A DNA stretch of 64,000 nucleotides, taken from contig JBAXJR010000002.1 in assembly GCA_037137755.1 (NCBI GenBank), forward strand, positions 32,001 to 96,000, given 5' to 3'. Source of the stretch: Methanomicrobiales archaeon. GTDB lineage: Archaea; Halobacteriota; Methanomicrobia; Methanomicrobiales; Methanospirillaceae. Under the pieces are notes generated by a model that ran no database searches, was not told the origin of the DNA, and worked only from the letters and a program-made list of their open reading frames with translations. Below, piece after piece: positions 1 through 8,759 of the stretch; positions within the stretch are counted from its first letter, which is position 1, and each line of letters begins with the position of its first letter. A program made the translations under genes and the position numbers.

Positions 1-900
1 GCCGGGCTGGAATATACGGACTCTTCCCCTGTCTGGTAACCCCAGAGTAATGCACCTGTCGACGCGTCCAGTGCGTGGATGTTCTTTCCATTACCATAAT
101 TTTCACTACCTACGTAGACGACACCGTCCGCCACCGCAGGGCTTGAAGACACGGGCTCCCCGGCCGAGTAGGACCAGATGAGTGTCCCGGTCGACGCGTT
201 GAGTGCGTAGAGATTGTCGTCATTGCTGCCAACATAGACGGTACCGTCCGCGACAGCAGGGCTGGATGTCACATCGTCCCCTGTCGCGTAGGACCAGATG
301 AGTGTCCCGGTGGATGCATTGAGTGCGTAGATTCGGCCGTCATTGCTGCCAACGTAGACGGTACCGTCCGCGACAGCAGGGCTGGACCGAACTTCGTCTC
401 CGATCGTGTAATTCCAGATGAGTGCCCCGGTAGATGCATCAAGGGCATAGATGTTGCCGTCCCAGCTGCCGAAGTAGACGGTACCGCTCGTTATCGCTGG
501 GCTGGACGTCACATCGTTCCCGGTCGTGTAATTCCAGAGGAGTGTCCCGGTCGACGCATTGAGTGCGTAGAGATTATGATCACGACTTCCCGCATAGACG
601 ATACCGCCTGCCACCGCCGGGCTTGAAATAACGCTGTCACCCGTCGTATAGTTCCAGAGGAGTGCCCCGCTGCCTGCGTCAAGGGCGTAGATGTTGTTGT
701 TCCATCCACCCGCATAGACGACACCGTTTGCTACCGCCGGGCCAGTCTGTATCCCCCGTTCAGCCGCGAACTTCCAGATGAGTGCCCCGGTGGATGCGTC
801 GAGTGAGTAGAGGTATCCATCGTTACCCCCGATGTAGATCATACCGTTAACAACCGCGGGGCTGGACCTCACTACATGACCTGTACTGAATTTCCAGATG
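1..900 (-). repeat. Coding 120-bp tandem repeat (propeller blades)
   Basis: agtg(t/c)cccg(g/c) recurs at exactly 181, 301, 421, 541, 661 and 781. Confidence 0.9.
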
Positions 901-1115
901 ATATCCCCCGCCGGTCTGATCCCACCATCGTCATACATGCCGGTGTTCTGGTTGTCTGCATGGAACTTCCATCCCGGGGCGGCTGCCACGGGTGCAGCGG
1001 CCAGGGTACCAATCAGGAGGAGCAGGAGGAGCCACCGGACTAACCGGGGCTTCTTATGCTGTGATCCTGCGGTGCTGCATTCTGAACTATGGGGTGTCAT
1101 CTGTATTGATGCCAT
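1..1115 (-). CDS. Secreted PQQ-type beta-propeller repeat protein (BamB-like); 3' end runs off the window
   Basis: Not in the ORF track because it has no stop in the window. Minus-strand reading from ATG 1115 (alternative 1100) gives a signal peptide (RWLLLLLLIGTLAAAPVAA), then 40-aa repeats such as IWKFSTGHVVRSSPAVVNGMIYIGGNDGYLYSLDASTG. Confidence 0.85.
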   Translation of the reverse strand, partial: MASIQMTPHSSECSTAGSQHKKPRLVRWLLLLLLIGTLAAAPVAAAPGWKFHADNQNTGMYDDGGIRPAGDIIWKFSTGHVVRSSPAVVNGMIYIGGNDGYLYSLDASTGALIWKFAAERGIQTGPAVANGVVYAGGWNNNIYALDAGSGALLWNYTTGDSVISSPAVAGGIVYAGSRDHNLYALNASTGTLLWNYTTGNDVTSSPAITSGTVYFGSWDGNIYALDASTGALIWNYTIGDEVRSSPAVADGTVYVGSNDGRIYALNASTGTLIWSYATGDDVTSSPAVADGTVYVGSNDDNLYALNASTGTLIWSYSAGEPVSSSPAVADGVVYVGSENYGNGKNIHALDASTGALLWGYQTGEESVYSSP

Positions 1116-1520
1116 GAAAATCAAAATCTCCGGGCATGGAGAAGATTTTTCCCCATTGCCAATGATCAAAAATCAGCATATGTTTAAGATAAGTCTTTCT
1201 GGATCAGAGGCCTTTTGTTCGTGCAAATTCCTGCTCTATGAAGATTCAATAAAATTAATGGTGATTTGACCATTCGTGTGATAAATCACATATTCATCAT
1301 ATATCCAAGGGTTATCGCCGGGCAGACGATGAGAGGAACCCATAGATATTCCAACCCGGTATGTATTACCTTCGGATGTCATGTTCACAAAGTACTGACG
1401 GTCTGGTCGAGCGGTTCCCTGTGACCTTCCCGGACCCCGGGCTAATCTTATAACACATACCTTTAAGGATATGTAACCAGCACAGTAGCCTGTTCTATGT
1501 ACAGTTAGCTGGAGAACATC

Positions 1521-2180
1521 ATGACAAAAACGAACATCCCTGAAAAAGGGGCGATCATCCAGAGGGATCTGGAAACCTTTTCGATCCTGCCCCACATTCC
1601 CGGCGGCTTTGCCGATCCTGCGTTGCTCCGGAAGATTGCGGACGTGGCGGAGAAATACGGTGCGACATATGTGAAGCTTACCGGTGCCCAGCGGATTGCT
1701 ATTATTGGAATAAAGGAAGCGGACCTCGATAATGCCTGGGCCGAGTTCACCGACCGCTCCAAGGCGATCGGCCTGACAATTCGGAGCATCCAGATGTGCC
1801 CGGGCACGCGGTCCTGCAAACGTGCCAAGCAGGACAGTCCTGGACTTGGATTCGCCCTTGACAAGGAATTCTATGGCAAACCGGCGCCCGCCAAGTTCAA
1901 GATAGGCGTTGCGGGATGCGGCAACGGCTGCAGCGACCCCTATATGAAAGACCTCGGATTCTACGGTACCGATAACGGGTACACGGCAGTCGTCGGCGGC
2001 AAGGGTGGAGGGACACCGAAGCTTGGCCAGGAGTTCGCTGAAGACCTGACGGAGGACCAGGCTATAGAACTGGCCCGGAAGGTCATTGCGTTCTACCGGG
2101 CACATGGCATTACCCCCGAACGCCTGGGTGCAACGATCGAGCGGGTCGGCTTCGGTACGTTTATGAAAGCAATAATGTGA
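1521..2180 (+). CDS. Small nitrite/sulfite reductase-like protein (siroheme/4Fe-4S domain)
   Basis: Ferredoxin-like half domain (IADVAEKYGATYVKLTGAQRI), plus CPGTRSC and KFKIGVAGCGNGC (Cx5C...Cx3C); GGAG upstream of the ATG. Confidence 0.85.
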   Translation: MTKTNIPEKGAIIQRDLETFSILPHIPGGFADPALLRKIADVAEKYGATYVKLTGAQRIAIIGIKEADLDNAWAEFTDRSKAIGLTIRSIQMCPGTRSCKRAKQDSPGLGFALDKEFYGKPAPAKFKIGVAGCGNGCSDPYMKDLGFYGTDNGYTAVVGGKGGGTPKLGQEFAEDLTEDQAIELARKVIAFYRAHGITPERLGATIERVGFGTFMKAIM

Positions 2181-2492
2181 AGTATTCGGGCAATTCCCAG
2201 GACAAATGTAGCCGGCTGATATATCCCCGGAGAAAATTCTCCGGACTTTTTTTTAATCAGAACCGGGGCAGAGCAACGTGGTGGCCGGTTTGTAATTATG
2301 GATGTAAGATACCATTCCCCTGGCACCCGCCAAAACTCCAGGATAATCTTTTTTTTTTTAAATCCCGGCACCCATCTCTCTGATCAGGTGAACGAGGAAT
2401 ACCCAGAAAGAGCCTTAGGCCCGCTCCTTTTCAGGACAAGGACAAAAGTGCCCGCATTCCATAATTCAGCGGCTCTTATGGAGGAATAACTG

Positions 2493-3159
2493 ATGGATTT
2501 CCTGTTTATTGAATATAGAAAGACAATTTCACCATGGGGTACCGTTTATCCTAATTCTTTTACGGGGTAATGATGGTCGTGATCATCACCGGCATGATCA
2601 CTAGCTGTCTGCCCCCCTCCAGGAACATGCACCGACTTCTGTTGATTGCCGGACTGGTAGTTAACCTGACCTGGGGGATCATCGATGGTGTCACCACATT
2701 GTACAATGGACTGGTAAACCGGGCTGATTATTACCGCATCGCCAATGCATTCAGGAATGACCGGAACGATCCCGACAAGAGAGAAATTATCAGGCTGTCC
2801 CTGCAGGGCACCATCGTAGAAAACCTGCCTGAAGAAGAGCAGTCAGGAGTTGTCGATATGATCGGTGCCGGAAAACCCGTGTCCGGGCAGAAATACCCCG
2901 CAACCCGTGCGGACTGGCATATCGCGATTGCCACCATCCTCATCGATTTCGTCCTCGTTTTCCCTGTCCTTGTCCCCATTTCCTCATCGATAACGTCAGG
3001 CGGGCTCTACTTACATCTCACGCGATTGCAATCATACTCCTTGATGGAGTCGCCATGCTCTGGGTGAGGAATCTTGGTCTCAATACCAGGAAAGCGGGAA
3101 TTATCATCACCCTGATCTCATTTGTCCTGATATATTCCACCTGTCGTATCGGATGGTAA
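2493..3159 (+). pseudogene. Degraded VIT1/CCC1-like membrane protein
   Basis: In-frame TAA at 2552-2554 inside YRLS*FFYGVMMV, where this family usually reads ERLSE.L.G..MV. NLTWGIIDG motif present; frameshifts near both ends; ends GGA TGG TAA at 3159. Confidence 0.55.
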
Positions 3160-3241
3160 CCTGCAGCCGCGTGGTAGATCGTTTCTGTTGGCTTTGTCAG
3201 AATGATGAAATAAAACGGATGCCTATACTACCTGATAGACA

Positions 3242-3961
3242 ATGGCCGTCCACGCATATACCGCCGGATTAATCACTGATGTTCTGTTGATTGTTTCCGT
3301 CATCGTTCTTATTGCCGGCCTCTGGCACCTCATTGTCCGATGGGGCCATCGCAGTCCCGGGCGGTTCTTCTCCTCATGGGCCACTGAATCGTTCCGGGGT
3401 GGCGGTATAGCGTTTCTCCGGGTACTGTTGCTTGATGTTCTCCTCTTCCGCCGGATCTGGCGCAGGAGCAAACGCCGGTGGGTACTCCATGTGGCAATGT
3501 TCTGGGGATTTATCCTTCTTGGAGCATTTACCGTAGTATCCCTTATCGGACTTATCCTTGCATATCTTGACCCGGTCGGCCCAGGGCAGGCGTTCTCCCT
3601 GTACCTTGCAGGTTTTCACCTCCCTTACGATCTGCTGGGATACCTGATCCTGGTGGGTTCCGGTATTGCGCTTGGAAGAAGGCTTCTTGTCAAAAAAGTT
3701 CGTGAGCGTACCAGTTTTTCGGACTTATTCCTCGTGGGAAGCGTTTTTGTTATCGCGTTGACCGGGATGATCGCAGAATGGTACAGCGGGTATGCGACCA
3801 TGGTCGGACCCGTCATCACAAACTGGAATTTAGCCCTTGAATTCATGTCATGGCACATCTATGTGGCATTCCTACTGTTCGTGATGGTGCTGCCATGGAC
3901 AAAGTTCCGGCATATTATTACCGTCCCGCTCACCGTGCTCGCGAGAAGAGGAGGGGATTAG
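3242..3961 (+). CDS. HdrE/DsrM/NarI-like multi-pass membrane subunit
   Basis: About 5 TM segments; His-containing motifs RWVLHVAMFWGF, WHIYVAF and PWTKFRHI; ends 3 bp before an HdrD-like gene. Confidence 0.75.
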   Translation: MAVHAYTAGLITDVLLIVSVIVLIAGLWHLIVRWGHRSPGRFFSSWATESFRGGGIAFLRVLLLDVLLFRRIWRRSKRRWVLHVAMFWGFILLGAFTVVSLIGLILAYLDPVGPGQAFSLYLAGFHLPYDLLGYLILVGSGIALGRRLLVKKVRERTSFSDLFLVGSVFVIALTGMIAEWYSGYATMVGPVITNWNLALEFMSWHIYVAFLLFVMVLPWTKFRHIITVPLTVLARRGGD

Positions 3962-3964
3962 GGC

Positions 3965-5200
3965 TTGGATGATGAACCTGACTTCTCAGAAATTGAGTCC
4001 CGCTGGCTCTCCCATCTCCAGATGCTGGAGCTTGATGCCTGCACCCGGTGCCAGGAATGTGTCGCTGCATGTCCCGTTGTCAGGGCGGGTATCCCCGACG
4101 GAGCCATGGAACGAATCGACATCTGGAGGAAAGCAGGAACCCGTTCAACAGGGCTCATTGCCCGGTTTCTTTCCAAACCCCGGGCGGGATCAGACCTCCC
4201 TGCCCTTTTTGAAAGCCTTTTCCGGTGTACCACCTGTGGTATCTGTTCAGTTGTCTGCGAATCCGGCATCTTAACAACCCCCCTCTGGGAATCAATGAGA
4301 TCTGCAGGCAGGGAATTGGGATTCAGGCATACAGATGTTGAACGGACTGCAGCGGTGATCATGGAGAAACACAACCCGTATGCTATGCTCCCATCGACCC
4401 GGACTGCATGGATTCCGGCGGACACCAGGGTGGCTGGTTCGGCCCCTGTCGGGTTCTTCGCCGGGTGTACTATTGCATTCCGGCAACCTGAACTTGGCAG
4501 GGCCGCCCTTCGAATCCTGGCACGATCGAACGTTCCCTTCTGCATGCTGGGTACGGATGAATCGTGCTGCGGATCGTTTCTCTTCCGTACAGGGTCCTTC
4601 GAGGAATATTCTTCAACCATCCGTGCGATGATCCAGGATTTTCAAAAACGAGGTGTAAACACTGTCCTGTTTCCCTGTGCCGGCTGCTTAAAAACGGCGA
4701 CCGTCGACTGGCCGAAGGTATACGGGGGCCCTTTACCCTTTAAAACGATGCCGTTCTCGGTCTTCATCCGGGATCTTATCAGGGAGAAAAAGGTACGGTT
4801 CCATTCCCATTCCCCAAGACGGGTACTCTACCATGATCCCTGCCATGGCGGACGTCACCTGGTGCACCACCTGGGAAAGGAATGGGTGTTCGAGGCTCCA
4901 AGGGAAATTATCCAGGCGATCCCAGGTCTGGAACTGGTAGAATTCCCGGAGAACCGGGAGATCGGGGTCTGCTGTGGGGCAGGCGGAGGAGTAAAAACAG
5001 GACATCCCGATCTCTCCCAGAAGATAGCAGGTGAAAAAATCGATTCCCTGTCCCGAATCGGTGCCGATATCCTGGCTTCAACCTGCCCGTTCTGCAAAAG
5101 GAATCTGGATGATGCCCGTGTCACTGCAGGATCAGCTATCGAGGTACTGGATGTCATCGAACTGGCTGACCGGATGATGGAACCAGAAAACCATGCATGA
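3965..5200 (+). CDS. HdrD/DsrK-like Fe-S oxidoreductase (two 4Fe-4S motifs + two CCG domains)
   Basis: CTRCQECVAACP and CTTCGICSVVC; FFAGC..ESCCG..PCAGC; YHDPCH..CCGAGGG..TCPFC. TTG start after GGAGGGG. Confidence 0.88.
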   Translation: MDDEPDFSEIESRWLSHLQMLELDACTRCQECVAACPVVRAGIPDGAMERIDIWRKAGTRSTGLIARFLSKPRAGSDLPALFESLFRCTTCGICSVVCESGILTTPLWESMRSAGRELGFRHTDVERTAAVIMEKHNPYAMLPSTRTAWIPADTRVAGSAPVGFFAGCTIAFRQPELGRAALRILARSNVPFCMLGTDESCCGSFLFRTGSFEEYSSTIRAMIQDFQKRGVNTVLFPCAGCLKTATVDWPKVYGGPLPFKTMPFSVFIRDLIREKKVRFHSHSPRRVLYHDPCHGGRHLVHHLGKEWVFEAPREIIQAIPGLELVEFPENREIGVCCGAGGGVKTGHPDLSQKIAGEKIDSLSRIGADILASTCPFCKRNLDDARVTAGSAIEVLDVIELADRMMEPENHA

Positions 5201-5414
5201 CCTCCAGAAAAGGAGAAGACCCAAGGGCAGTTCATTGGCCTCCCAGATTATATAAGGGCTTGGATTATACAACGGGATGATGGTTGATGATGTGAAAATG
5301 AGAATTCTTTTAAAATCCACCTGAATTTCCTCATTTTTTTGCACATTTGTACAAAAATGAGATCCTGCATACCGAATGATCCAGGGCACTCAAGCACCGT
5401 GATATTCCCGGGTA

Positions 5415-5762
5415 TCAATAAGCAGGTGGAAACAGAGGCTGGTGCTGGCTTAATGCAACGATCTCTGCTGCTCCTTTCAACAGGCCGGTAAGATATTCTT
5501 TTGCCCATGCTTCATTCTCATATTCCAGGAACGGGCGGTACGATCCCTGGAGGCCGGTCCCCTCCCGTTCAAACCTGAGCAGACCGACAGGGGAACCCCC
5601 TTTTGCAACCAGGGCATTCAGTTTTTCAAGCGGGTGTGGTGTCGTATTGAAAACAAATTCCGTCTCGTTCTCAAACCCGACTGCAATTGCAACCAACCTG
5701 GCGCCTTTTGCACCATCGAACATCTCGTTGACCAGATCGGCGGTTTTTCTCATGGGAACCAT
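5415..5762 (-). CDS. Hypothetical protein
   Basis: 115-aa ORF with globular-protein composition filling an intergenic gap. Confidence 0.7.
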   Translation of the reverse strand: MVPMRKTADLVNEMFDGAKGARLVAIAVGFENETEFVFNTTPHPLEKLNALVAKGGSPVGLLRFEREGTGLQGSYRPFLEYENEAWAKEYLTGLLKGAAEIVALSQHQPLFPPAY

Positions 5763-5934
5763 TCAATGGGATTGGATTTTCATCGAATAAATTGTTCGTT
5801 CCTGTTCATGACCATTTTGGCAATACCGTTTTGGGTACCGGTTTACCCGCTGGCTAATCAGGAAGATTAATTATCTCGTCAGCCCATTTCAAATTTATCT
5901 CATGTTAAAAGACGATTCCGGGTCAGGAGGGGGC

Positions 5935-7359
5935 ATGTTGATTCTGGGTTCCAGGGCTATCTGCCGTTCACTATTGATAGTATTCCTCTTGTTTCTGCTT
6001 GTAGTGCCTGCATTCGCAAATAATCTCTACCGGGAAAACGCTTCGGTTCCCGTTTTGCAGGGCAGTTACATCCAGATCGATCCTGTCGGTACCCGCCAGG
6101 CCGGTGAAAAGATTACCATCACTGCAAAGACCGACCTTCCGGTGGGCAGCGAGGTACTGTTCGAGGTCGCTCCCGTGGCCTCAAACCTTACCAGGAAAAT
6201 CACTACCGGGGAATTCAGCGGCGCCACCGGAACGGTAACTGTTAGATTCGGGCAGGACACCAGGCACAACCTGCTTGGGTTTGCGGTTGATCTCTCCACA
6301 TTCCAGCCGGGTAACTATCGTATTCTTGCCTCGTCTGCCAACAATGCCGTAACCGGTGAAGGACAATTCACGGTTGTTTCCGTTATCGCTACCAGGAAAC
6401 CACCGCAGCCTGTGTTCATATGGTCGCCCCACCCGGCAGTCGCCGGCCGCCCGGTGTCGTTCGACGGATCGGGGTCCACCGTTCAGGACGGGAACATACT
6501 CACCTGGCAATGGGATTTCGGGGACGGTACACCCCTGACCAATGTCACGGGTTCACCAGCGGACACCCTTCCCACCCATACCTACCGGTCGGCAGGGGTG
6601 TACGCGGTAGGCCTGATGGTTATGGATAACCGCGAACAGACCGAGTGGGCCCGCAATGATGTTACCGTCGTGGCCCCCGTCCCCCCGGTCGCGAACTTTT
6701 CGGTGTCCCCATCAGGTGGTCAGGCATATGAGAACCACCCGCTCGCCGTTTCGTTGTCGGACATGTCAACCGGTTCACCTCAATCCTGGGCCTGGTACGT
6801 TGACGATACGCTGGTCTCTCAATTACAGACCTACTCCCGGAGCATATTCACGAAACCAGGCAACTACACGATCCGGCTGGTGGTAACGAATGATTACGGC
6901 ACTTCTGCAATGGAAAAACTGGTAACGGCCCTGCCGTTTCAAACGATAACGAACCCCACAACCTGGACTACGATCAGTCAGACTCAAACGGTAACCGACA
7001 CCCCGTCCAAACCAGCGCCAACCATTACCACCGCCCCAACGACCCCGGTCCCACAATGCCTGAGTTGTGACAGTCCATGCGTACTATTCACAATTCCCTG
7101 CCTCTGGATTGATGGGCTTATCATTCTCGTCATCGTGATCCTGGGGATATGGTATATCCGCAGGCGTTGGCCACCACGCGGATGCCGCCCGTCAGATTCC
7201 CCAAAAAAGCCTGGTTCAACGGGAGATGGGGGTCCACCGACCCCTGATATCACCATCGTAACCCGGGGTGGGATCAGCCCCCGGGGTCTCGATGTGAACA
7301 GTCCTGATATCCACGTGGATGTCGAGTCAGGGATACAATATCATGACAAGGAGGAGTGA
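5935..7359 (+). CDS. Membrane-anchored PKD-domain surface protein
   Basis: Signal peptide; S-layer-like Ig domain; two PKD domains (WQWDFGDGT; PVANFS..SWAW..KPGNYTIRLVVTN); Thr/Pro linker; C-terminal TM. Start 5935 follows GGAGGGG (alternative 5902). Confidence 0.85.
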   Translation: MLILGSRAICRSLLIVFLLFLLVVPAFANNLYRENASVPVLQGSYIQIDPVGTRQAGEKITITAKTDLPVGSEVLFEVAPVASNLTRKITTGEFSGATGTVTVRFGQDTRHNLLGFAVDLSTFQPGNYRILASSANNAVTGEGQFTVVSVIATRKPPQPVFIWSPHPAVAGRPVSFDGSGSTVQDGNILTWQWDFGDGTPLTNVTGSPADTLPTHTYRSAGVYAVGLMVMDNREQTEWARNDVTVVAPVPPVANFSVSPSGGQAYENHPLAVSLSDMSTGSPQSWAWYVDDTLVSQLQTYSRSIFTKPGNYTIRLVVTNDYGTSAMEKLVTALPFQTITNPTTWTTISQTQTVTDTPSKPAPTITTAPTTPVPQCLSCDSPCVLFTIPCLWIDGLIILVIVILGIWYIRRRWPPRGCRPSDSPKKPGSTGDGGPPTPDITIVTRGGISPRGLDVNSPDIHVDVESGIQYHDKEE

Positions 7360-7934
7360 AACAATTGGCTGTAACGAAGGCAGAAATCAAGGCAAAGGAA
7401 GCATTCACAGAAGAAATTCAACAGATGGTAGAAAGCAGGGAATTCCTGGATGAACGGGATGAATTCTCTTTGATGGTCCGGAGGTATGCGGGACAGTCCA
7501 AAACGACAGAAGACCAAGGATGGAACCTCCTGACCCGGCAGATCGTCGAGACCCTCCCGGCACACCTGAAAGAGGGGATGATCACCTGTTCCCTTGAGAA
7601 AATCAACAAGGTTGAACCGTGTCGTAATGCCGCAGATAATGACCTGGATGAACTGACTATTATTCCCGGCGACAATTTTCCATCCATTACATTCCCGACA
7701 TTTTACCCGTACCTCGATTTCATTCTCCGGGCAGGACCCGTTGATATCTGCCATATGAAAAAATACTTCAAGGTCGAAGGGTCGATGAAACTGAACGAGG
7801 CAGTACTGCAATTCGAGGGGAAAAAGGTCAGAAATGTTTCAGGTACGATCCTGGTTTCGGCTATACTATCTCTTTGCAAGGGGGATGATGCGGTAAAACT
7901 TCATGAATTTGAAAAAGAGATCGTGCTGGCATAA
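7356..7934 (+). CDS. Hypothetical protein, translationally coupled to the PKD gene
   Basis: GTG start overlaps the upstream TGA; 192 aa. Confidence 0.75.
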   Translation: MKQLAVTKAEIKAKEAFTEEIQQMVESREFLDERDEFSLMVRRYAGQSKTTEDQGWNLLTRQIVETLPAHLKEGMITCSLEKINKVEPCRNAADNDLDELTIIPGDNFPSITFPTFYPYLDFILRAGPVDICHMKKYFKVEGSMKLNEAVLQFEGKKVRNVSGTILVSAILSLCKGDDAVKLHEFEKEIVLA

Positions 7935-7947
7935 ATATCCTGCCTAA

Positions 7948-8231
7948 GTCGCCATCCTCACCGATGGAGAGGTGAATGCCAGCATGGAATTCAACCTATC
8001 GCAGATTGAATCGATGATAAAGAGCAGATTAAACAGGACCAATGTAATTTTGTCTACCTGTCCGCAGACCCGAAAGCGTTTGAGGATGCCGGAAAGATTG
8101 GGATTTCCAGGAACGATGTGGTCAGATTTGAGGCTGATACCGAAGGGATCCAGGACTGCTGCATGGAAATGAACCGGGTATGTTGTGAAATGAGGGAAGA
8201 GAACGGGTCTGTCCGCAGAAAGAGGAAATAA
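7948..8231 (+). pseudogene. C-terminal remnant of a von Willebrand A (vWA) domain protein
   Basis: VAILTDGEVNASMEFNLSQIESMIK, then after one frameshift EQIKQDQCNFVYLSADPKAFEDAGKIGISRNDVVRFEADTEG...RKRK*. Matches the TDGxENAS / FLGAN pattern of small vWA proteins. Confidence 0.65.
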
Positions 8232-8236
8232 AATAC

Positions 8237-8576
8237 GGCTCTGTGGACAGGATATTCACACCCAGCCATGAAAATGGCCTTTTAAAATCTCCTTATACGG
8301 GGGTTCGTCCAGGTATTTTCAGGGGAAACCCTGCATATTAAAAAAAAGGCCGAGATACGTAGACCGGAGGGGGTTTCATAACCCCCTGCCACCCCATTAA
8401 GATATTCATTGGCAAGGGTTCAATTGGGCATTTTCAAAAAAATTTCAGGGGATTTGGAGATCATTCCCTATCCCAACCGGGGCCGCCGAAGCGGTGGGCC
8501 ATAGCCCCGGGAGCATGACTAAATTTTAGAATAACCAGAATCTGCACTATAGGCTTGAGTGAGTTTCAAAAATGCC
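8237..8576 (+). mobile_element. MITE-family copy A (degenerate ends)
   Basis: Starts GGCTCTGTGGA and ends GAGTTTCAAAAATGCC. Internal blocks (gaaaccctgcatatt, aagatat..attggca, ccctatcccaaccgggg, gccccgggagc) match 46445-46705. No target duplication visible. Confidence 0.75.
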
Positions 8577-8759
8577 ACAGGAACTAATATTTTTGAATAT
8601 TCCCGGGGCTTTTAAGTTCCTGATTTATTCGTTATCAGACGTTTGAAGGTAACTGGAACAATCCCATTTCATGCCGGTTGTCTTTCACCCGCACGTGAAA
8701 AAGAATACGAGATTATATGAGTAGGTTTATCATTTCCCGAGTTTTTTAATCGTATAAGA

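Noticed and set aside
1-900. Regular 120-bp periodicity suggesting a CRISPR-like array
   Set aside because: Whole units are homologous and translate to PQQ propeller repeats; there are no unique spacers.
1236-2105. 289-aa minus-strand ORF
   Set aside because: Antisense shadow of the reductase gene, with no recognisable motifs.
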